A stretch of DNA of 64,000 nucleotides, taken from Cetorhinus maximus (Eukaryota). The notes under the pieces are model-generated. The model was not told where the DNA came from and searched no databases. It worked only from the letters and a program-made list of their open reading frames with translations. Every line of letters begins with the position of its first letter. Position 1 is the stretch's first letter. The DNA lies in NCBI RefSeq assembly GCF_964194155.1, contig NC_135891.1, positions 62,434,001-62,498,000 of the forward strand, read 5' to 3'. Below are positions 1-10,090 of this stretch, piece after piece. The position numbers and the translations under genes are program-made.

Positions 1-139
1 TGGATTCTCCTGGTCATGGCTCTGCTGTGAAGCAGCTCACGGAAGGTGGAAAGTCACCGTTGAGGGTCTGCTCACAATGGATGATGGTCGAGGGGGTGGA
101 GAGGAAGGTCCAGCTGTGTTTGGGAGAGGAAGATGTCCC

Positions 140-480
140 GGGGTGGGGGATGAGAGAGGAAGGTCTAAGATCGACTGGGAGAGGAAGAGGTGTGTCAGGT
201 GGTAAGGTTGAGAGGGGGAGAACTAAGTTGTCAGGGGGAGTGAGGTTAGGAGGGGGGGAATGAAGTGTCAGGGGGGTTGAGGTTGGGAGGGGGAGGGAGT
301 GTGGGGGAGGAGGGAGTGAAGGGGGAGAAGACGGGGGCAACTGGGGAGGTAGGTGTAAGGGGGAAGGAAGGATTCCAGAGAGGGGAAGGAGTAAAGATGG
401 AGGAAGGATTCAGGAAAGGGGAAGGGGTAAGGTTGGAGGAAGAAGTAAGGCTGGAGGAAGGAGTCAGGATAAGTAGGAAG
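140..480. repeat. Purine-rich degenerate ~18-nt repeat region
   Basis: Units like gaggaaggattcaggaaa; it interrupts the Harbinger Myb gene third exon. Confidence 0.5.
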
Positions 481-1844
481 GCCAAATCCAGAGGCTTGTC
501 ATCTGACCCGGACCTCACAGATGCCTCTTCCCCAGCAGTCCTCCGAGTGCTGGGGAACTCGGCTGAACCTGTCTCCTCCTGCTGCGGACATGTGTCCATG
601 AGGTGACCACCAGATTGTGAAGCTGAGCCTGCTCTAGATCTAGATCCCACCAAGGTGTGTGTCTCTGCACTGGTGCAGGGTGTGGGTAAGCACTGTGATG
701 GGACTTCCAGGCTGCTTATTTCCCTTCAATGGAGGAGGTGTCCTCTTGGCTGGAGATGTGGACCTGGATGGAGCTGAGGGACTGGCTGGCTGAGGGTGTC
801 AGTCACTTGGCAGAGCTCCCTGTGAACCAAAGTAGAGATAATTTGTGCATGGCAGCAGTGTCAAAAGCAGGAGAGAGAGCACTCACAGTTGCGTTGAGAG
901 AGGGATGATATGGTGCGGGATCCTCATGAGGGTGTTCGTCGCCGACCTCACCGTCACCTCAGGCACAGTTCATGTCCTCAGCAGTAAGCGCGATGGCACA
1001 CTCCTCAAAATGATTGAGGGGTCTAATGTGGGCCACTCCACCCCTGGTCTGGGACCTCTCCCTGCTGATGTGAGCCAGCTTCTCCTGCATGAAAACAGAT
1101 GGAGAGAGTGTGAACAGGACATATGGCACTGCGTGGAATGTTTCTGTGGTGAGCGGAGTTATGGACGGGATGAGGATGTGAGCTCCAGAGGATATGAGCC
1201 TGATGGAGATGTGAGGGTGTGTGTGAGTTAGCGGTGTTGTCCCTTGAGGTGTGAGATCCCTGTGGATGGGTGATGGGTTTGAGAGTGTGTGAATTGAGAG
1301 CGATGAGAAGAGTGAATTACCTTGGCGGAACGGATGAGACCATTCATCCTGTAGCGGCACTGGGTGGCTGCCCTCTTTTGCAGGGCATTGGCGCTGACCA
1401 CTATTGCCACCGCCTACCAAGCCGGATTGGTGACCTTGATGGCTGGTGTTCACCCAGAGCGGAGGTAGAGGACGTCATGACTTGCCTCCACTGAGTCCAA
1501 AAGGCACTCATAGGATGTGTCATTAAACCAAGGAGCTGCAGTCTTCTTGCCTTTCGGAGCCATGTCTTCCATGCAGCAGTCCTTGGCTGGAAGCACTGAA
1601 ATGTATGCATGTGGTTGCACTTTAAATATGGTGCCTGGCGTGATGAAGTGGCGAGGTGATGGCATGACGGGCAAATGAGAGCCCACCCGCCCGCAATCGA
1701 AATGGCATGTTTCCCAGGAATGCAAAATTAGTGAGACATGATTGGGATGATACAGCATGAGAAGCCGCCATTGCGACTGACGGGTAAAACGTCTTTTTTC
1801 CCGCTCGCTACCGCACTTAGTGCAAATCTGGGATGATTCCACCA
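480..1844 (-). mobile_element. Truncated Harbinger/PIF transposon: Myb/SANT gene remnant and one terminus
   Basis: Exon-like pieces 1321-1563 (MAPKGKKTAAPWFND...QCRYRMNGLIRSAK|gt, with stops), 887-1084 (EKLAHISRERSQTRGG) and about 480-819. TIR-like end ggatgattccacca followed by TAA at 1845-1847. Confidence 0.75.
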
Positions 1845-2369
1845 TAATTCTCAGGGGTGGAGCAGCAGTGGGGTAAAGGCACAGCAGCTTAGACCAGAGT
1901 GGCTAATAGTAGAAGTGATTGCGGAGGGGTGGGCAGTGAAAAGATGGCACTGGCGAGGGAGGTCGTAACAAAGAATCAGGCCCTTGTTTCGGGTAGAGAG
2001 AGGTTTCTTAAAAGAGCTTCCCTGCCAGTGACTAATGGAAACCTATATATATATATATATATATATAAAATAAAATACTGCTGGTTATTTATTGTACAGA
2101 TTTCCCAACACTGGACACACCTTCTCTTCCTCATCTCCTCTATCTTTCATGACTGAACCCCAAGCTGGGCCTGAGGCCAGGTATCAGAGTGACACTTCCT
2201 GTCCAATGCCCATTTCCTCTGTGGATTTTGTCCCACCTGATGGCTGACTATTGTTAATACTATATCCTCGTTGATGCTCCTTTGGTAAACTGCACAATTA
2301 CTACACCATATTGCACAATAGTTTAATAGACACTGAGTCACAGTTCACAAATTAATATGTTGGCATGAA

Positions 2370-2800
2370 AGAACTTGCATTTATACAGCAGCTTACATAA
2401 TGTCCCAAAGTGCTACACACCCAATAAGATATTTTGAAATGCAGTCGCTGTTGTAATGTAGGAAACACAGCAGCCACCTTGTGCACAATGACAAACAGCA
2501 GAAAGGTAGATGATCAGGTGATCTGTTCTAGTGATGTTGGTTGAGAAATAGATGTTCGCGCAGATAGTGGAGCCTGTTCTTCTTCAGACTAGCACCATGG
2601 AATCTTTCACATACATCTGAGAGGGAGAACTAGGAACTCAGTTTAATGACTCATCCAAAGGACAGTGCCTTCGACAATACCAATCTCCCTTACCGCTACA
2701 CTGAATTATCAGCCTCAATTATATGCTCAAGTCTCTGGGGTTGGACTTGAAGCCACAACTTTCTGACTCAGAGGTAAGGGCATCCTCACTGAGCCATGGC
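2370..2800 (-). mobile_element. DeuSINE-like SINE (SacSINE1-type)
   Basis: tRNA-like head, Deu-domain-like core and L2-like tail ataaatgcaag. Confidence 0.68.
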
Positions 2801-2973
2801 AGGTACATCAACAAGAAAGATAATAACCGATCACATGCAGTACAAAATGGGTATTTGATTACCATATTGCTGATGATTGAAGTACCATAATAGCTGCAGC
2901 CAGGCTGCTTGGTCAGCGGGAGTGGGTGCTGGAGGTGATCAACAACCAATGGACATAGAGGAGTGGGACTTAC

Positions 2974-3029
2974 TCCACAGGGAGACTGCTCTTAAGATAT
3001 GAACAAGAGATATGTAACTAATTAGAAAC
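2974..3029 (-). CDS. Putative second coding exon (K-FLISYISLVHILRAVSLW), signal-peptide core
   Basis: cttttgtcag acceptor and gtaagt donor, 56 nt. Only the phase-2 reading is open, matching the 7331-7356 exon. Confidence 0.5.
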
Positions 3030-4246
3030 CTGACAAAAGCTGACAAATCGGTTCACAGAAGCTAGTGCAACCCCAGGAAAATTTTGAAAAAAACATCTTG
3101 AATGCAACTCACAATATAGACCTGTGGTCAGAGCCACTGCTTTAAGGTGAGCTACATTACATTTTTATTTTATGAAATGCCATGATTTTTACCAGTATTT
3201 TAGTGTGCATTCTGCAACTCAATGTTTCTGTGAAAGCTGAAATGTAGTTTACCTATGACATGCCAAAATAAGTAGATACACTGAGAGTGCAGTGGGATGT
3301 GAGACCAATGAGCACAATGCTTTTTGCATTTCCAAAATTCCAAAATTCAGGAGGAGGATAGAAGGCATGGGATTTCTTTTCTAAAGTTTTCTGTGGGCAC
3401 GTACTGATTTTCAGTTGGCACAATTTTTTTTGACCAGCCAATCTTTTAGCATTATGAAACTGATGATGCAACTTGAAATGAATATGTGCTGCTATTCATG
3501 ATTTTGTAAAATTTCTAAATACCGCTGTCAGTACCGGGTGTCAGATTGGTGCTGCATTATTGCTCCAACATCCAACACTAAGCCCTCCCTTGCCCATCAC
3601 TCCCCAACACTGGTAGGACATAGGATCCAGACCATGAATTCTTGCATTCTGAATTTCTAGTTTTGGTTGGCACTTTACAGACCACAGTGCTCCTTGGTCC
3701 ACTCTTGTGTACACCTAGTGACTGGTTATGGAACACTTGCATGTTTGCTTTGCTCACCAAGACAGACTCCATTTATAGATTGCATTTAACATTAAATAAA
3801 AACCCATTGGCACTTCACAGAATAAGTGCATGGACAAACTGGCACTGATCCTGGAAAGGAGAGATTAAGATCATTGGGCAAAAGCTTGGTTGAAGAGACA
3901 GGCTTTGGAGAGGTTTTTTAGTGTGAACATAGAGAGAGGCAGAAATGTTTAGAGATAGAATTCCACAGGTAGGACCCAGGAGGGTGAAGGCCCTGCCATT
4001 GTTGATGAGATGAAGGGGAGGGGCACACCCAAGGCCTTACATCAGAGGAACACAGTGTTGTGTCATGGAGGGATTTAGGGCGAAGATTCAAAATTTATTG
4101 CATAGAAGGGAGAGGGAGCTACTGAAGTTCAGCAAGAATGGGGAAGGGTGATGGGTGAGGGAGGAAAACAATGTTTACAAGAGTTTTGAACAAGGTGAAA
4201 TATGTGGAGGATGAGAGGCCAAATTGGAGAGATCCAGAATAGTATT

Positions 4247-4414
4247 GGATAATTTTGGCCTTGGGTGATAGTGTAAATTAGGTGATAACAGATCAAGAAG
4301 CCTAAAATCTCTCCTGATTTTAATTTTCCACAATGGAAAATTAGAAAAGATGTATAAAAGGTGATTGATCCAATGTGACCCATTTTACACTATCACCCAA
4401 AGTCAAACTTACCC
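4247..4414. mobile_element. MITE-like inverted-repeat element
   Basis: ggataattttggccttgggtgatagtgtaaa ... tttacactatcacccaaagtcaaacttaccc; a related copy lies at about 25102-25237. Confidence 0.65.
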
Positions 4415-4834
4415 ATGTGGAATTTGAAGATGACAAGACTATGTATGAGGGGAGCTGGGGACAAGACAGGCAATGTGGCTGAGGTGGAAGCAGACGGTCC
4501 TAATAATGGGGAGAGGGGGCAGGGTTGGAAACTTAGCCCAAGGTTAAACAGAATATCAGGTATGCAAATGGTCTAATTCAATCTGAGATAGTGGCAAAGG
4601 CTTGGAATATAGAGGAGGTTGTGACAGAAACTGAAGGTTGAAAGAGGGAAGAAACGATAATGGAAATAAAATGAAACATTAAATTAACATTGAACACAAA
4701 GCTCCACTGGCTCTTATTCAATATCTTGAAAATTCTATTGGACATGCTTACACAGCAGTAATGACTGTGTACACAGGCATTTAGTGAGTGATCATGATAA
4801 AGAAAAGCACATGCATAATTTGTGCCTTTTTTAA

Positions 4835-5220
4835 TGGGATGAGGGCATCGCTGGCAAGTCCAGCATTTGTTGTCCATCCCTAATTGCCCTTGAACTGAGT
4901 GCCTTGCCATGCTATTTCAGAGGGCATTTAAGAATGAACCACATTGCTGAGTCTGGAGTCACATGTAGGCCAGACCAGGTAAGGATGGCAGATTTTCTTC
5001 CCTAAAGGGCATTAGTGAACCAGATGGGTTTTTACAACAACCGACAATGGTTTCCTGGTCACTATTACTGAGACTAGCTCTTCATTTCCAGATTATTAAT
5101 TGAAATTAAATTCCACGAGCTGCCGTGGTGGGTTTTGAGCCTTTGTTCCCCAGAGCATTAGCCTAGGCCTCTAAATTACAAGTCCAGTAACATAGCTAAC
5201 AGACCACAGCCACCTCCCCT
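4835..5220 (-). mobile_element. tRNA-derived SINE (family A)
   Basis: B-box-like head on the minus strand, conserved body and LINE-like tail. Confidence 0.8.
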
Positions 5221-5804
5221 TTTAGCTTTTTGTTTTTATCCCCTTAAATATATATATATGTATTAAATATATATAATATATATGCATATATATATGCAGA
5301 TATATTAAAAAATCTTACGTAGGGCACCAAATTCCTGCCCACAAGCAATTCTTCTAACAAAGATCTTTTGGTCACATTTTTCTGTCAATTTGCCATTGTA
5401 AATTGCTATTCCAATACTCCTACTGTACTGTAATTGCAGGTTCTGGCCATTAAGTAGCTCTGTGGAGTATGTTTATGAAGTGTTTCTTCCATACATATAG
5501 AGAAAACGATTCACCACCCCCATGGGCAATTTGCTAGTAACTTGCAGCAACTGAAGCAGCCCATTGTGTTGAAGATATAGTGACCATATTGTCGATTTCT
5601 ACAAAGATGTAATAACCCAAACACTACAGATAATCCACTTGGAGCAAAATAGACTCAACAATTACTACAGCAGTGAAACACCAGCAGATTTGTAAATTGT
5701 TCGTTTATATTTTGTAATCTTGCAATTTTAACATTGATTTTGTCATTTCCAGCTCCCCCGCAGAAAATCATGTTTCACAGATGTTACCACATTGAAGAAA
5801 TTAA

Positions 5805-6060
5805 GTGTTGCTGAAAAAAAGAGACATTTTATTGGAGCTTTTCATCAGTCACCATCAGCTAGTGCATTCTCCATGGCAACGCCTCTACCAATCAGAGTCC
5901 ACTTGCCAACCAATCAGCACTCTCCTCTCATATGGTATAAATTTGTTGTTTCCCCAACATTGGTAATTTCTGAATTGTCCTGATGAGTGCAAGACAAAAA
6001 GCTTTGACAAAAAAGTCTCTTTTTTCAGCAATACTTCAGTTCTGTAGTACCAAACGACTG
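5805..6060 (+). mobile_element. Second Penelope-like family fragment with inverted ends and a decayed hammerhead motif
   Basis: ttgctgaaaaaaagagac ... gtctcttttttcagcaa inverted pair; TTGTC-CTGATGA-GT-GCAAG-AC-aAAA-AGCT-TT-GACAA at about 5974-6010. Confidence 0.6.
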
Positions 6061-7099
6061 AATGAAGAAATTAATTATATTGCATCTGTACTTTACAGGG
6101 ATTTGGCCTGTTAAATTATGTGGGAACCAGAACATATTACTATAAACGCATAGAGGCTTAGCATTGCAAATTTGAAAAATTCTATTACCACATTTAAATA
6201 TACGTGTTTTAAATACCATAAATGAAACATGCATTCCTCTGGCACATTTGCTTCCTGTTAACCTGCTCCACCAGATTTCACTGCCCAAGCATCTTCACCT
6301 CCTGTCTCTGCCAACATAACTCAACTAACCACCTCCAGGCCCCAAAGTACAAAAGCCACATTTTCAACTAATGTTAACGTCAGCATTCGCTCCTCTGAAT
6401 TCGAAGTCATTTCACTCAAATTATGTCCTCATTTTTTTTGTACTAGATTCCCAATTTGCCACATTCCTAGCCTCCTTCCCAGTGTTCTGGGCAATATTTA
6501 ATCAGATCAATCATGATCTTACTGAATGACAGAGCAGGCTCCAGGAGCCGAGTGGCCTACTCCTGCTCCTTTTCCTCATGTCCACCAAAGCAGATTATCT
6601 GGCCATGATCACATTGCTGTTTGTGAGCTTGCTGTGCACAAATATGGCTGCTCCATTTCCTACATCACAGCATTCACCCCATAGCGACTCTTCAGTGGCT
6701 GTAAAATGCTTTGGGACGCCCTGAGGCTGTGAAACGTGCTTTATACATTAAAGTCATTCCTATCTCTCTCACACACACCCGCCTCGACTACAGTGCCAAC
6801 ATGAGTAAAAAACACCTCCCCTCTCCCAATTGCATTTCCACACATCTCCGGCCTACATCTAACATAGAGATTCCTCTGAATCAGGTTTTATAAAGAGGGT
6901 TAGAGATTAAATGGAACACACGGCTGAAAACAAACATTGAAATATAATCAAGGTCACTGATTTACAGAATTCCAGAATTTGGAAGCCTCTAACTCTCCCA
7001 GTGATCACATTCCCGTGTAACGATGTCATTTCACTGTAATCAACCCTGGCAACATACACTGGGGGTTTATTTATAAAACAGCCTGTCACCCATAATAGG

Positions 7100-7880
7100 C
7101 CTGCAACTAAAGTCTAACCCAGTTCCCACTCTCCTAACTGGGAGCCAAACTCAGGAGCCCTCCGCGGCTGCACATTCCTCCCCCGCCGGAATGCTTAGAC
7201 TATTTTTTTGAGAAAGATAAAATTACACGAAATCGCCGCCCCCATATTCCGTCGAAATGTCCCTGAGTTTGTGTATGCATGAAATCATGCTCCGTATTTT
7301 CTGCTTCTGTGGACACATTTTGAAGCTCACTTCCTTTTACAGGACTTCATTTGCATCCAGGTTTCTCACTACCGGATACACAGTTACTGTCCACCCGCAC
7401 ATTGCCTCTCAAATATTATTATTAATGCCAAACAAAAGCCCCGCAAACAAACCAAAAAAAAACCCAACACCTGTTATTCAGCAATCTCCCCCTAGGAACA
7501 CAAAACAAATCAACCTGAATCGCCTGAATGAGCAGCCAGAGATACTGCAGCAATTTCATTCTGCATTCAGTCCTATTCCCCGCTGATCTGATCCCTGTGA
7601 TTGTCCGGATGGCATCTCAGTCACCGGAGTTTGTCCCGCGATCACTTTGTATCAAAAAATAACTGAAATGAATGCTTAACACAACGCCCAGGGTTTGGCA
7701 CGGGCTGAGGGAGGATGGTGGTGCCAGGTCAGACTGGGCACAGCGTCTATCGATTCCCGTCAACAACCTGGAATAACTCGTCTGTTTGGCGGAAGGCGGA
7801 ATCAGCAAAGGCGAGGGGGCGGCTTGTTCCTTACACAACTTGAAGAGTATCATGAGTCTCACTCTCTCCCAGAGTTAAGC
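7100..7880 (-). promoter_or_regulatory. CpG-rich putative promoter of a downstream gene
   Basis: Many intact CpGs in non-repetitive sequence within an otherwise CpG-poor region; contains an ATG-bearing mini-exon with a gtgagc donor. Confidence 0.55.
7331..7356 (-). CDS. Putative first coding exon of an unidentified gene (MQMKSCKR+AA)
   Basis: ATG CAA ATG AAG TCC TGT AAA AGG AA|gtgagc, phase 2, with an in-frame TGA upstream. Confidence 0.5.
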
Positions 7881-8007
7881 ACTTGTCTAGAGGTTGGGAG
7901 TCAGTTTTTCATCAGAACTGGGACATAGAAGGGTTTACAAGTGCAAAACCAGGGGAAAGGGGAGAACAGAGAAAGATTCATTCAGTTCTGATGAAGCATT
8001 TCGTCAG

Positions 8008-8367
8008 GTAAAAGCAAAATACTGCGGATGCTGGAAATCTAGAACAAAAACAAAAATACCTGGAAAAACTCAGCAGGTCTGACAGCATCTGTGGAGAGGG
8101 ATACAGTTGACTTTTCGAGTCCATATGACCCTTCAACAGAACTAAGACATAGAAATGAGATGAAATATAAGCTGGTAGAAGGGGGTGGGGGGCTACCACC
8201 AACTTATATTTCATCTCATTTCTATATGTCTTAGTTCTGTTGAAGGGTCATATGGACTCGAAAAGTCAACTGTATCCCTCTCCACAGATGCTGTCAGACC
8301 TGCTGAGTTTTTCCAGCTATTTTTGTTTTTGTTTCAGATTTCCAGCATCCACGGTATTTTGCTTTTA
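8008..8367. mobile_element. Penelope-derived fold-back (inverted terminal-repeat pair)
   Basis: Two near-identical ~170-bp inverted arms around a short G-rich spacer; 15-bp flanking duplication at 7987-8001 and 8368-8382. Confidence 0.8.
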
Positions 8368-8544
8368 TCTGATGAAGTATTTGTTTGACTAAAGATGCTG
8401 CCTGGTCTGCTGAGTGTTGCATGCATTTATTGCTTTCGCCTCCAGCAGCCACAGTATTTTGCGTAAGTGACTTTTGTACATATTTGATTCTCCGCTGGGA
8501 ATGTGTTGATTCTTTCACCTTGTGTGTAGATGCCACCCACCCAG

Positions 8545-8900
8545 AGACTTCAATTTAAAATCCTAGACGAAGACTCTAGTGCAATGCTGAGGGAGTGCGC
8601 AACTGTCAGAGGTGCTGTCTTTCAGATGAGACATTAAACCTTGGCTCCATCTGCCCTTTCTGGAAAATGAATATGCCAAGGCATCATTTTGAAAAAAAAA
8701 ACAGGGGGAGTTCTGCTCAGTGTGCTCGACAATATTTATCCCTTAGCTAACATCACTAAAACAGGTTATCTGGCTGTTATCACCTTGCTGTTTATGGGAC
8801 CTTACTGTGAAGGCTGCATTTCCCACCTCAAAGGTACTTCATTGGTTGTAAACTGCTTTGGGACGTCCCAAGGCCATGACAGGCGCTTTATAAATTCAAG
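8545..8900 (+). mobile_element. DeuSINE-like SINE
   Basis: gaggtgctgtctttcagatgagacattaaacc core and tataaattcaag tail. Confidence 0.68.
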
Positions 8901-9489
8901 CTCTTTGACCTACTGGGGGACTTACAGCTCAACAGATGCCAACTGTCCTTTGGCGAGTAGGCAAATGCCCCAACCTTGGCCTGGCAACCTGGACCAGTTC
9001 GGCAGGCTATATTCCCTTAAGGAGGTCGACAGAGTCAAGTCCTGTCCTGCCTCCACCCAATTTCCATGTCCACAATCTTTTTTCCACAGAGCAATGATGA
9101 GAAGGGACAATTATTACCTGTTTCATCCCTGCACTGGGAATTACAGCCCCACCCCCTTCCCATGCCTCAGAGACACTGAGGTCAGTTGTTGAAATCTCTT
9201 ATTGCTAGAATAAGATTAGATAGCTCAATGCAGATCACCTGGGAGTTTCTGCTCTGTGTGTCTTAGTACCCTCCACTCATTGATCTATTTACTCATCGGG
9301 GAATCTTTTAAAATGTTACTTGCAAAATGGCTCCACCACTGCGCCTTGTCAGTCAATGAGCAGGGCCAGGGAGAGAAACCATGGGCCCTGGTCCTTCTCC
9401 TGTTCTGGGCTCCTTATTTCACCACCAACCCACCCTCACTTTAACCCTTGACAGCTTCTGTCATGTGCCTTCATAATACTCTTTGGGTC

Positions 9490-10090
9490 CTACAGGATAG
9501 AATAGTGCAGCGCAGAAGGAGGCTATTTAGCCCTTCGAATGCATCAGTTCTTGAAGAGAAATCCAGTCAATCCTACCACTGCCCCCCAACTCCTGCTATT
9601 TCCCTAAAATTTTTTTCTCCAAGTATTTACCCAATTTTCTTTTGAACACTAATTTGAATCGGTATCCACCACAACATCAGGGAGGGAACACATCCCAAAT
9701 CCTAACTACTCTTCATGTAAAGGTTTTTTCTCATGTTGCCTCTGGCTCGTCAATCAACTTAAATGAAGTTAAATCTGGGCCGTCTGATTAGCAACCCGTC
9801 AGCCATTGGAAACAGTTTCTATCGATTCTATCTAAACCCTTCATAGTTTTATACACCTCCATCAAGGTCTTTCAGGCTTCATGGCTCTAAGGAGAACAAC
9901 CCCAGCTTCTCTGTAATCCCTCATCCCTGAAGCCATTCTAGTGAATCGCTTCTGAACCTTAAACAAAGCCTTCACGCCCTCCCAGCACTCAGAATAGGGA
10001 ATCATAGCTGCAGTGGGGTTGAACTGTTTTATATAGGTTCAGCAAAACTTCTTGGCTTTTGTACTCTATGCTTCTATTTATAAAGCCCAT
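9490..10090 (-). mobile_element. CR1 LINE 3' fragment, degenerate
   Basis: Same architecture as 43940-44520 (gactctatgcttctatttataaagccc-type segment and tail). Confidence 0.65.

Noticed and set aside
2120-2289. Possible third exon of the downstream gene
   Set aside because: The acceptor has a poor pyrimidine tract, there is no recognisable domain, and the frame stops unless a weak internal donor is used.
7515-7559. Alternative signal-peptide-like exon MKLLQYLWLLIQAIQ on the minus strand
   Set aside because: The donor gttgat is weak, and a phase-0 join to the 3029 exon hits an immediate TAG. At most a uORF or an alternative start.
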